Positions 12,301 to 25,600 of a stretch of DNA of 64,000 nucleotides are shown piece after piece. The notes under the pieces are model-generated. The model saw only the letters and a list, made by a program, of their open reading frames with translations, was not told the origin of the DNA and searched no databases. Position numbers and translations under genes: made by a program. Every line of letters starts with the position of its first letter. Position 1 is the stretch's first letter. Location of the stretch: NCBI GenBank assembly GCA_903813345.2, contig CAIIXF020000001.1, forward strand, positions 20,088,001-20,152,000, read 5' to 3'. The DNA is from Owenia fusiformis. Its lineage: Eukaryota.

Positions 12301-14743
12301 GTAAATCAGGTACCTTGAGCACTCTTATAAAGCACTACATAGTCTGACTTACTGTATAACTGAAGCTTGTCATAGGCTGACAACTTTATTTATAAAATTA
12401 TATTTGCTCTTGTCTGACAATGTAAGATTACATCTTCTAATTGGCATGGCTTTAATTATTTATACACACCAGTGATGGTTGATATTGGATAAAGTAGATA
12501 AAAATGGAGGCAAGTAGACATTGAGATGCGATCACTGAAATTGTATTCTTTATTTTCGCCAGCTTGCGATTGTGAGAGGTTGGCACGGGGCACTACTGGC
12601 TTCACAGGGGCAGACATAGAGAACATGGTGAATCAGGCAGCCCTGAAGGCAGCTAAAGATGGCAGTCTGGCTGTGTCTATGGCAGACTTGGAGTGGGCAA
12701 GGGACAAGGTACTAATGGGTAAGTAAATTCAAGGAGAGTTCAGTAAAATATGTATTAAGTAAACAGTTAAAAGTTTAAGTATAAGGGATTAATAGAGATT
12801 CTGTATAACATAATTATAATTGATGAGAATGCACAAAAGGCAGTAAGAGAGGCAACACATAGTTTTAGTTTTATTTCACTGTCATTGTTGTAGGGCCTGC
12901 AAAGAAGAACAGAATTCCTGATGAGGAGACTAACTGGATGACAGCATACCATGAAGCTGGTCATGTCCTTGTAGCCCACTACACCAAGAATTCAACACCC
13001 CTACATAAAGTCACCATCATACCCAGAGGAATGTCACTCGGCCATGTGAGTATATCATTATTTCATAGATCTAGATTTAGTATAGTTTATATGTTGAATT
13101 GGGTGCTTCAAATATTACCTCTTGCACTGACACCCCCTTCCTATTTTGGCTGAACTCCAATATTGCATCCAAGGATGTACGTTGACACATGATTAACAAG
13201 CTTGAGATACTGTAAATGTAGAGAGAATATATGAGCTATGCTATGTAGTAATACTTATTGATTTTTGGGTTCATGTTTTATGTTGTTTCAGACTGCCTAC
13301 ATCCCTGAAAAAGAACAATACAACCATAGCAGGACACAGCTGATGGCCCAGATGGACACTGCTATGGGAGGTAGAGTGGCTGAAGAACTCATATATGGAG
13401 CTGATAAAGTCACAACAGGTATTGCTTTGAGAGTAAATCCATATTTTTAGTTCTGTAAGGCTATGTGTGGTTCTATTTTCCTCAGACTGCTTTGAAATGA
13501 TGTAATCCATGTTCTGTATAATACTCATTTTGTTCAACTTTTGTTAACTTAAGCTTTTATAAATGGAAATTTGTTAGGGAAGGGACGATGCTTTGCATGT
13601 ATTAAATAATACTAATCCCTTCATATTTTGTATTGTCACTCATTTTTCTGTACATGTACATGCATAATGTATTCATATATGTAATGTTCTGCAGGAGCAT
13701 CCAGTGATTTCCAGAGTGCCACGGGTATAGCCACCGCCATGGTGAGACGGTTTGGCATGTCAGATAAGGTACTTCATTCCTTTGCTCAAAATAAAATGCT
13801 CAAAGGCAATTCCTTTGCTCAAAAATAAACTGCTCAATTAAGGAATAAAACTGGTCAAATTTGATTTGATGATAAATATTTTGTCATTACATATCATTGT
13901 TTTTGTTTCATCTCTGTACAATTTAAACAGACTATGCTATGCTATGTAGAATGTCAATACTGTCAATTAACGTTTGAAGTAAATACTGTAGAATAAAATA
14001 CTTAAGTAAAGGGATATGAAAAATATTATTAAACAATATTGTGATGAGAAAACAAATGCATGTACTTAGAAAATATTTCTTTTTAGGTTGGTGTTCGGGT
14101 GTTCAGTGATGATGATGGTGCAGATGGGGGATTGACCATGGTGAAAGTGAATGATGTCAGCCCTGCAACTCAAGAACTTATAGATAGTGAAATAAAAAGA
14201 CTGCTTCAGGTAAGGGACAATTTAGAGTCAAATTCAAATATGGGATACAATAAACTGGTAAAATCCAAAAGCCACTGGGATCAGCCTCGTGTTTGGAATA
14301 GCATTTAAAGGTTCATTAATAAGAAAGTCAGTGGAAGATTTGAGAGGTTTTCAGATTACAGAGGCATTGAGATATACAGGTTTTACATTTAGGTCATGTT
14401 AACATAAAATAGATTAAATTAATATGAAATTAACATTACAACTGGTTCATTACACAAATCGAACTGTATGATGCACTTTGCATGCTTGTTTGATGTAAAA
14501 AATGTAAGGATCTTGCTTAGATCTTTTCATTTAATTTAAGACATTTAGAAATAAACAGCATACTGTATTTTAACATTATTGTGTGTTTTTCAGGAGTCAT
14601 ACGAGAGGGCAAAAGCAATATTAAAAGCACACTCTGTGGAACATAAACTCTTAGCTCAAGCTCTAATGAAATATGAGACACTAGATGTTGATGAAGTTAA
14701 AACTATAGTAGAGGGAAGAAAATTGATCAAGCAACCCTTGTGA
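6325..14743 (+). CDS. YME1L1: ATP-dependent zinc metalloprotease YME1L1 (i-AAA protease, FtsH family), multi-exon; first coding exon unresolved
   Basis: Phase-consistent GT-AG exons: 6325-6450, 6673-6832 ([11 protein letters not shown]), 7218-7304, 7534-7625, 7847-8117 (TM segment [16 protein letters not shown]), 8430-8515 (VSFNDVKG), 8793-8883 ([29 protein letters not shown]), 9192-9251 (Walker A GQPGIGKT), [9801-9893 or 10121-10213], 10914-11046 (Walker B IFIDEID), 11593-11655 (GATNR), 12054-12166 ([12 protein letters not shown]), 12563-12718, 12894-13045 (HEAGH zinc motif), 13292-13418 (GGRVAEEL), 13695-13768 (GASSDF), 14087-14209, 14594-14743 (TGA stop). Confidence 0.95.
9801..9893 (+). 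CDS. YME1L1: YME1L1 alternative exon A (pore loop 1): (G)[30 protein letters not shown](G)
   Basis: ctatag|GT...TTG|gtatgt; 93 nt, phase 1-1; open frame; paralogous to 10121-10213. Confidence 0.85.
10121..10213 (+). CDS. YME1L1: YME1L1 alternative exon B (pore loop 1): (G)[30 protein letters not shown](G)
   Basis: aaacag|GG...TTG|gtgagt; 93 nt, phase 1-1; closer to the usual YME1/FtsH consensus GEA.VPF...[18 protein letters not shown]. Confidence 0.9.
11085..11350. repeat. Degenerate ~21-bp minisatellite in a YME1L1 intron
   Basis: Repeated GGGTTACACCAAATGCTTTCTA-like units. Confidence 0.75.
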
Positions 14744-17700
14744 GGATCACCTGGGTCTAACTAATTCAACAAATTGAGAATATATCTTGCAGTGGAGAGA
14801 CAATGTTAAGACCATGGGGGAACTGAGATGTCTCGGGGTCTCGGGGACAAAAACTCAAATCAGGACTTTTGCTTTAAGTCAAATTAATCAAAAGTAGTAT
14901 AAAGAGTGAAATGAAAAATATCATGTTATTCTGATGTGATTTAATTGAAAACTCATGTACATAACTTTAGATTTAGCATCTAAATTATTTATTTTAAGTT
15001 GCAGAAAACAGCAAGAGTTCTGTTGATTTTAGTGCTATAGGTCATCATGAATGGTGTTCTGTTTTTCACATCATCTGCTTCTATAAAGAGGACTACTCAA
15101 ATTGGAATCATTGTAAATTTACATACTGACAAGAATGCAAGATTTTTAAGTGTTACTGCATTTTAATTTTTGCATATTAAATATTCAAGGTAGAGTTATG
15201 TTGATTGTGATATAAGGGAGAGGGGAAAGGAAATTGGTTTATGACCAGTAGATCTGAAATGCTTTAAAGGAGACACCCCGTGAAGAATGATTAATGTTAT
15301 AGAAAAAATTCAAAAGAGAACAGTGATAATGATAAATATATATTCTGCATGAGTCTCAGTGGAACATATTCAAAATATAGTGAATAAAAAAGAATGTTTA
15401 TTTTATACATCGTTATATCAACTGGGAAATGACTGCCATATTAGAAAAGGTAATATGTTTTCTCTTAGCAATTTGGAAATAATAAAATTAAATATCATAC
15501 GAGAGAATGTTTATGTTCATTTATTTTTTATTATATACAATGCTATGAGCTGGTTGATGTATAAAGAAATATGTGGAGGATGGACTTGCGTGATTTATAT
15601 GGGGAATGCCAATGTCTCGCTAAATAAACTTACAAACAGCAAAATGGTTTCCACTCTTAGACAAGTTGGTGAAAATTGCAGGCCGTATTATTCTTTTTAT
15701 AGAAAATTTGGTTTATTTTACAGATGGCAATTTTAATCTATCCTTTCTAAAAGTTTCTGGGAGTTCCCTTTGTAAATGACAAATAGTAACAACTTTCATT
15801 CATTAAAAAAATTAGGATAATATTCCCCATTGAATTACAATATAATATGATGATCTTTAATCCAGCCAACTAACAACTGCGGAATTGTACTGGCTTTGCA
15901 GGGTATGTAATCGTTGACCCGACATAACAAACAACATTGGTTCATTTCTTTCAAAGAAATTTATTCACTTCACCATAAGTATGAGAAACAAGAAATGTGT
16001 TGCAGTGAAATATACCTCATTGAATTTCACTGTCCCTACAAACCCTAATTTACCAGCAGAAACAACATATTATATCCCATAATAGTCAAGTTTCTACTAG
16101 CAACAAGGTTAAAGCAGGCCATGTTTTTTACAACTCAATAAATGACAAGTTGTCCAAGAAGATGATACATTACAAACAGTACATACCATTCAACTAGATT
16201 CAAATTAATTGTAATATTATGTCTGTTGTTACTTCATATTATACTTAACATATGGGCCAATCTTGATTATAATTTTCAAACTAATAAACAAAATAGACTT
16301 TTCTTGAGAAAATATAATGAGACAAGAGTGTGTAATAATCTGTCTGAATTGGATATAACAAGACAAACAAAGTGTCCAAAAAGTAATGAGATCATATGTT
16401 TCTCAATACTTTTAGAACACCCTGTAAATAGAACAGAGATGTGCAATTCTGGCTAAAATATATTATCTACCATACCATTTTATAAATTTACATATGAATT
16501 GAATTGTACATTCATGAATCTGAACTGTTTTCAAATATTCTAATATTTCAACATGACTGCAATTCATCTTTCAATAATGCTTTGTTCAAATGTTTCTGGG
16601 TCACCCTGTGATCCAGGTGTACGCAGGTTAACATGCAACCTGTCCTAATACATACGACCTATCTGGGCATATCATGACATCAATATGCAGAGTGAATTAA
16701 CCACCTGGCTATTTCACTCAGCCTACCAAATGACTCGGCAATGCACATAGGTGATGTTATGTTCTAACCATTATACAATATTTCATTAGATGCTGTAGAA
16801 TAAATATTGGAATAAATTCACAACCATTTATTGTGTCATCTGAATAGGTTAACAATACATTTTTCTGAGTAAACTTTAGATAATGCTATTCTAATATAAG
16901 AAGAAGTTTCCACTATGTCTGAAGAAAATTTTCAACTCACTTTATGTACACAAGCATAAATAAGATAATGGTATAAAAACGGACGGTTATAAAGTACTAC
17001 TCTATACAAGTATGGCTGCATATACCATATATATATATAAAATACATTATAATGTACCATGTAAGATATTGGTTTTTTCATTTACATTTTATGGATACAT
17101 TATATAATGCAAGTAAAACATCCTATATTACCCTTACTGGAATCCGTTGTTAAAACTGATAAACATAAAAATTAATTTATTGTCTATACATATTAACAAT
17201 TTTCTAGCTTATGGATTTCAACTGATGTACATAATAATGTTGATTTAAAAATTATTAAATAACTGTGTAGAAAATACCAAAACCCAAAAGTAATTAAAAT
17301 GTAATTATGTGAAAATGCTAACAGGTGCTATGAATGGATTAAAATAATAATATTAATTATTATTCTATACTCAAAACTCATGACTTAAATTCACACATGT
17401 AACAAGAAATCACAATTGATAACGTCCTTATATAAACTTCTTGCGGCGTTTTACTTACTTTTATTATGTATACTGTACATTGTTTGGTAAGGTTTAACTC
17501 AGGTAAATTAAGGGCACTGATTATGATCAACAATCTAGATTTACAAATGTCCTTTTATTAAGAGGATCACATCACTACAATCGATCTAGCATCGTTCCAA
17601 ACATATACAGAATATATTCGATTAAATAGAAGTGAAAACATCTTACACAAGATAAGCTGGTCATTCGTCCAACCTTTTTTATTTTTCATTTATACTAAGG

Positions 17701-17959
17701 AACCTATTCGCCAATACTAGATAATAATAATAATATACACAATTTCTTTGAGATCTCTATTGTACGAGTCCAGCATACAATAGCATAAGATTTACATTAC
17801 ATTCATTGATCTTAAACCTCTACCTACATGCACATAGAGTTAGGTTTAAACAGGGGTTCCCAGCCTGTTTACAGTCGTATTACATGTATAGCTCTTTACA
17901 TGTAAGGTAGTTTTTTTCTTGATCTGTAATAAAAGATTCCTTCAGTATATGAGTCCGGC

Positions 17960-18305
17960 GAATGTTGAAATGTACTATAGGAGACATGTTTAAATGTATT
18001 GTAGGAAACATGTAGTAATGTAGTGTAGGAGACCTGTTGAAGTGTTTTGTAGGAGACGTTTCATGTTGAAATGTATTCTTGGAGACATGCTTATGTTGAA
18101 ATGTATTGTAGGAGACATGTGTCATATTGAAATGTACTGTAGGAGACATGTTTATATCGAAATGTACTGTAGGAGACATGCTTCATGTTGAAATGTTCTG
18201 TAGGAGACATGTTTATATCAAAATGTACTGTAGGAGACATGTTTATATCAAAATGTACTATAGGAGACATGTTTCATGCTGAAATGTATTGTTGGAGACA
18301 TGTTC
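17960..18305. repeat. ~31-bp minisatellite between the convergent genes
   Basis: About 11 units resembling ATGTTGAAATGTACTGTAGGAGACATGTTTC. Confidence 0.9.
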
Positions 18306-19608
18306 ACAGTAAAATTTACACTACAAAACATAACATGTTTCAAGCTGATGCTTACATATTGAGGCGTTTTTATCTTTAAAATGCAATGTTAACTGTTAAG
18401 CGAGGAGTCCTTAAATGTGCTTTATGAACATACATGTTTACTTATTAATTTTAAGAGACACACTTTAGATGAACTATGACAGATATAATCATGTACTTGT
18501 GTAATTTTGCAATACATTTCTTGGATATTAAGTTGAAGACATAATGGAGGCCGTCAATTATAAGTTTAATGTTAAAATCGATTAAATCGAATGGAATTGA
18601 AGTTACAAAAGAAAGACATGTAACTACAAACTAGTAACTTCACTCAGTATAAGATATGCAGTTGAATATTTTAAAAACAGGAATTTGGAGGAAATCTCTT
18701 TCTTCAGTGATACATTGTACATCTGCAAAAAATTTTAAAAGTATAAAGGTATAATGATATTTACATTACATTATAACATTATAAAAGCCATGTTGTTCTT
18801 CCACCATTATGAAATTCATTATTCTACTGATAACCAAAACTTTCTAACTGAAACATATTTTAAACATTTTTGGAAAATTATCCCATATTGTGATTTGTCT
18901 AAAGGTTATGATCTTAAGTATAAGGCAGTACAGTGCACTGTAGCTTATGAATCTCTTTAACTGGCATTATGCTGTTGAGCCTACAAGCTGGGACCATATT
19001 TTAGTCTACATCCTTTTCTTTGTTTCTAGCTATGTTCATGATGAGTTGTTCACCTTGAAAGGTTCCATTGATTCTAAGATGGAATTCCTTTAATCATGGG
19101 TTCCACTTTGAAAAGCTCCATTAATCATGAGATGGATTTCCTTCAACTGTGGGTTCCAGAGTAAAAAGACCAATTAAGGGAATTCCTTAAATCTCAGGCT
19201 CCGTTATTTAGATTGGATCGGTGAATGTTGAATATTGTATTATGCTTCAGGCCCCTTTTAACTGGTACTGTACATTAACAAGTGACTAGTATATGTAGTG
19301 TTTCTCATATGTAGATGGAAATAATGAGACTATATTACAATGCGCCATGTCTATCTGAAACCAAAGTACACATTCCATTAATCACTTTAATGAAAAAAAT
19401 GTATTAATACACACATCTCAGAAGGCAATTGCAAATCTATGTACAGATTATGTACATTTTTTAACCTGTGATACCAGACATATATGCAGTGATAGCTATA
19501 CATTTATGAAAATATTAAGTTGTTTTTTCTTTGAAATTAATCATACATACATTTATAGATCTACTTTTTCATGAATGGAAAAACAATGTTTGTTACCTTC
19601 TACCTCTG

Positions 19609-22600
19609 TCAATGTCTGAAGAAGTTGAATAATGAGTTCTTTTTGTTTGATGGCAGGGCCATTACCATTGGTACCTTGTTTTTATGTGTGATGGAAATCT
19701 AAAAACACAAAAATCGTAACTTATACAATACATGGGATTAACATATTTAAAGTTAGTATCAGATCTAGCGAACAACCTTAGAACTGTTTCATTTCTATGT
19801 TTGGCTCATATCATGCCTTGTCATGTCTATTTTCTAAAAATTCCAAAAGTGTGAACTTTATTTATATGTATGGGGAAATTTTAAACATTAATCCCCCCAT
19901 TTTTGCACTTTGAATCTCTCTCTCTCTCTCTTTGCACCAATCTATAAAATATTGTGGATCTTTTGGGAGATATTATATTTGAGATCATAGGGAATACATT
20001 AAGATCAATTGAATATGTTGATTGCAATTTAGCGTGGGATTCAGAGTGAAAATTACGACACTGTTAGGATACTAATGTTATTCAATGATTCAAGTGAAAT
20101 ACAGACTTTCTCAGGCAGAATATTTTCTATATTTCACTTGAATCAGGACTTTTGCTAGATATCTCACGGTTGTCTTATCTGATTAGCATTGCCATTGAAT
20201 ATCGCCAGATATCCCACGACATGTGACCCGGTTTTGACCAATCATACTGTCGCTAGCTAGATAGTGATATAATAATGAACAAATATTTCACTCTATTGAG
20301 GTGAATACCTGTACATCTTTCACAAGTGATATTCCACGAAGCCCGAAGGGCAAGTGGAATATCACCTTGTGAAAGTGCTACAGGTATTCACCGAAAATAG
20401 AGTGAAATATTTGTTTTATTATATCACCGTCTAGCTAAACATCCCTAATATTATTAAGTCATAGGTTAACATTGAAATACATTGAATCTACTCGGTTCGT
20501 CTGCCATTTTGACTTACACTGAACGAAAACAAATTCTTTGAAAATTCCCGGGAGCGTGGGATATCGCTAGATATCTCACGGTTGTCTTATCTGATTAGCA
20601 TTGCCATTGAATATCGCCAGATATCCCACGACATGTGACCCGGTTTTGACCAATCATACTGTCGCTAGCTAGATAGTGATATAATAACTTAAATTATTCT
20701 AAGTTCAATATAAATATCACACCAACACTTCATGTCACACCCTGTATACTTACAGTACATGGAGGCTGCATCCATGGTTCCCCATCTATTTGCATGGGCA
20801 ATCTTTTTCTGGTCCTGAAATGTTACAAAGTACTCCATGTATATGATTCAGAAAATCCTTTTTTGTTTCACTATAAGACACAATATGAATCGTGATTCAT
20901 GAAAATGAATTTATTTCAAGGTTAGAATATTCATATTAACCGCATTGTAAAACTATGCAATGACATGATTTATCAAAAGACTTCTTAAAAAACTACCACC
21001 AAACAAGATTGCTGAATGAATGAACTGCACAACATCTTTATCCTCATGTGTAGCACATGTGTGAATTAAAGAAAATAGATAAATGGTTTTTCGAGAATCG
21101 TGACGACAAAAAATTAGGATTTCAATAAAAATAAAGCCACCTATTTTCAAAGATAAACCTTTTTAGAAAGGCCCTGCCCACTTATATTGAGAATGATGTT
21201 TGTTTACCTGATTACAACTTGTGAACATTGTGCAAGCCTCTTCCCTGAGCTTCTCATTCCTGTCTTCACTTGGGCTGCATGCATTGCACTCTCCAGCCCC
21301 ACAACCTCTATCAACTGGTCACCAATATCTAAAAGAAAACAATCAATTGATCATCAATATCTAAAACAAGCCAATCAACTGGTCACCAATATCTAAAAGA
21401 AAACAAAGCAATCAATTGATCATCGGTATCTAAAACAAGCCAATCAACTGGTCACCAATATCTAAAAGAAAACAAAGCAATCAAGTGATCATCAGTATCT
21501 AAAACAAGCCAATCAACTCGTCATCAATAGCTAAAACAAATCTATCAACTGGTCATCAATATCTAAAACAAACAAATCAACAGGTCATCAACATCTTAAA
21601 CAAATCAATCAACTGGTTAATATATAAAACAAACATATCAACTGGCCATCAATATCTAAAACAAACCAATCAACTGGTCAATGCATAAAACAAACCAACA
21701 TGTATCAGATCTTTGTTTTATTTAGTGCAATAACTCAGATGCGAGTGGGTGGTTACCAGTTTCACCACCAGATGGCTCGTTGGGTCACATTCATTGTTGG
21801 TGTAGTAGTAAGTTCCCCCTAACTTAAATATTCATCTGTTAGTGGTTCAATTTTCAAATCACCCTTATGTATCTAATAGTTATGCAAATCAAAATATGTC
21901 CAGTAATAGAAAATGTTATCTGTCCAATTCAAGAAAATATATTTCACCTTTAGTGATTTTATAACATGGGGTCTATGAGGAATCTCCCCAAACTAGAAGT
22001 CAGATTTTCAAATAAATTAAATTTTCAAAGTTGATAAACAATTTTCGAAACCATATTTCAAGATGTATATTACTTTTACATGTACTCAAATATGTCATCA
22101 CTGTGACTGGATTTTGAATATTTAATGACATAAATCAAAATTATTGCTACTCGCAGTTAGTCTATTATCAATCATAAAATAAATAACAAAAAATATTTTC
22201 AAACTTGGAAAAATACATAATGTAATGAGGCCACTTTATTATATCAATCTGTAAGTAAAAACCTTTTTGTCCCTCTCAGTAAATAACCTACTTATTTCAA
22301 ATACATACCTTGTACTGCCATACTGAGATCAACTGATGACATGCTACTTGTGGAATATTCACGATCCTTGTCCTTTTTGGGTGATTTCTTATTCCTTTTT
22401 TTCTGGCTTGGGTTATCTCCCCAGAGATCTGTCCCACCATATATGCTAGGTATGTTTAGCAAGGCTATACCCTCTAATGTTGGACCATTGGCTAGATCTA
22501 GTGAATAGCCATCACACTGAAAAACAGAACACATAAAGAGTTTCCAAGTACTGAATGTGTATGATACTCTAATGACTGGATATGTACTTGATCTTGGGGT

Positions 22601-25600
22601 ATTAAGGTAGGAGTAGCATGTCTAGCATCCTTGAACATCTTACACATAGCAGGGCCTGGGGGGGGGGCAAAATCTCTGCAAAATCTCTCAAAATCATGCA
22701 GTTTTTCACCATTCTGAGCACTTTTCAAGTGGTTTTGGGCCAAAGTTGTCAAATAGTAAACCCCCCTGGAATTCTTTGAAAAGTGAACCCCTTGGTAAAA
22801 AGCTAGCTGCAGGCCTGCATACCAGCTTCCATACTTATGCTGACAAAATGGTTCAAAATCATCTCACTAGACCCACCTTAAGAATGTTAAGGAAGCAAGC
22901 CGTAGATTTAGTATTGTTCCTCTAATAATCTGTCAGGTCATTACGGTAATGCACCCCACATCAATTATTTCATTGTTTTAATTAAAAGGGTAACAAATTT
23001 AAGAAAGGAAATAAGAGTAACTTTCTAAAAATAAATTACAAAATCAAGTTTAATTTCTAGAAAGTCCAGATTTTTTTAATTTCAATGATAATCCTTTGAT
23101 CTGGCAATACTTTTGATTCCCATTATTTTCCATTTTTTCATTTTGAATTACTGTACAATGAACTACTTCCTTATATGCATATGCTAAATACGTTTGGGAA
23201 TATGCACTTACCATGATATCAATAGACTCGTGGATCTTTTTACAGGTTGCAGAAAATGTCTCTGAAGTTCCAAACTCAAAGTACCATAACTTATTCTTCA
23301 TTCTGGAAGTATATAGGATCATACATTCTACAATGTATGTAACATTGTACAATTATGCACTCAGCCATTCTTCATTATGCACTCATACATTCTTTAATAT
23401 GCACTCGGACATTCTTCATTATGCACTCATACATTCTTTAACATGCACTCGTACATTCTGAAATGTATCATCATACATTCTACAATATGTTGCCATATTT
23501 TTACAGTATGCACTCATAGTTATCAGCTATTTGAAGCGCATTTCCTCCCACTGAAAGACAGCATATGCTATGATGGGAAAATATGATGGTTTACACACTT
23601 CAGTTCATCTTACAAAGACATATTAATATAAAATCACTTTTTGGATAATATTAATATCTATTGTTCAACTAATTTTCATCATCTTCACATAGCAAGTGAC
23701 ACATAACATACCAAATAACTATTTTTCAAATTGCTGATAAACTATGTCTCCTTATTCAGTTAAAAGAATGCAGGAAAATAAAATAGAGCCTGAACAACAA
23801 AGAAAATCCAGTTGTTTCTAAATTGCAGATTTTCTTGTCATTATTGTTTTAAAAATAATTTTATGTGATGATATTCCCCCATGGCATCATTCATTGGTGA
23901 TTCCCCTTTCTGTTCATTGCTAAAAATACTACATTTTTCTGTATAGTGTTATATTTAACTCATTTATCATTGATGCATGTAGAAATATCATTGAGGACCA
24001 CAGTAATAGTAGTACAATATTATATATGGGAGATTTAGTAGGCAATTAATTCTTAGTGACACATGACATGTAATACCATTGTCAACAAGTAGTATTCATG
24101 ACAATTTGATGTGTTGTTCAGACTCTATATATTAAAATATACGCCAACGCACTTACACATAAAGATTTCACTGGATATTATAGACGAATAGTACAGGAGA
24201 TCAACTTGATTCCCTCCATTATTACAGAATGAGGTTCACCGTAAATATATTCATTTTTTTAGTAAAGACTGTTATATTTATAGCAGTTATTCTTCAGGTG
24301 ATGCCACTTAGACCTTTATCACTCCACAGGTATATAGTAATCCTGAGATCTTTATGTGAGTGTTGGTATAAACAATTTATTTTAATCCACAAGTAAATAG
24401 ATAGAATGCGCAGAAAGAGACTTCGCTGTCACAAACATGGCACGTCGCAGCGCCAGCAGGCTAGTTGGTTAATGAAATGTTTGGAGGTTAATGATGCTTT
24501 TCAGTTTTGAGATATCATTACAAGAGCAATGTTGGGCCCAAAACAACAACTCAATTTATTATGCACAATGGGATCATAATACCTTGTCATGGAAAGCTTT
24601 GGGTGGACAGGATGTTTATACATATAATAATAGGGTAGGGATCATGCTAGTGCTACATGCTATTTCCATCACCAAAATATATAGGTGCAATAAAATTGTG
24701 CATGTAGAAATAACTAAATACTAGGTGGAATTAATAAATATTGTGCATTGTACAATGTCAGTGTGGGACAAATAATCTAGTGCCATATCAGTAAGAAAAA
24801 TTAGTATTAAGGAAAACCATAAAATCTGGCACAGTCATGTGAGTAAAATTCAAATATCTAAACCTAATATCTAACTGGTGACTTGTGTGCAGTTATAACA
24901 CCTACAGTATGCTGTGTAGGATTTATGTTTTTGTAGTTTTAGTAATATCCAGTACCAAAATAAAGAGAATACATAAGTACATTTGGGGGAAATAAGTAAC
25001 AGGTACAAAATCAGAAGCTATGGTTGGTTGACTATAACAACAAGCAGAAGATACCAATCATGCAATCACATAACATGTCAACAAATATTGGCACAATTAC
25101 AAAATTTCACAAAAAAAACGTCACATCAATGAACATCTTTAAAACAATAAAAGCAAACACAGAGGATTAATCCCATTTGACATGTGATTAAAGTAGCGTG
25201 AAACTGGGGTACATCCTCTATGTACAATTTACAACTTGAAACATAGCTTTAAGGAAGGCAGGGCAGAATGACCAATTTACCTAATGAGATGTACTAATGT
25301 CATATGTGCAGGTCAAAATCATTTCACACTGCCCACCTTAATCTTCCCAAAATTAACCCAAAACACAACACAGTCAACCAACCATCGTGTCCATTGTCCT
25401 CCCAAGCTTTTACAATGACAAGGTTTTACAAGAACCCCCTACTCTACCTGCTATTGAATTTCTCGGGATGTTTTTCCCGCATCATATGAAACCTATGTGC
25501 GATGGACGCGTCCTGCAGAATAGAACACAATATCATAAATACAAAGAAATAAAAAACCCAGGGTGGACAGGCATTTTGTAAACATTTACATTGTAACACT

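Noticed and set aside
15359-15736. 125-aa ORF downstream of YME1L1
   Set aside because: AT-rich, low-information translation in a probable 3' UTR, with no domain.
17880-18379. Repetitive ORFs and a CRISPR-like look of the 31-bp array
   Set aside because: Head-to-tail minisatellite with no unique spacers and no cas genes; eukaryotic context.
24405-24470. GC-rich patch considered as a third catalytic MXE or a docking site
   Set aside because: No similarity to the DASIAH exon and no partner strand nearby; it shares a 15-mer with about 53560, suggesting a dispersed repeat.
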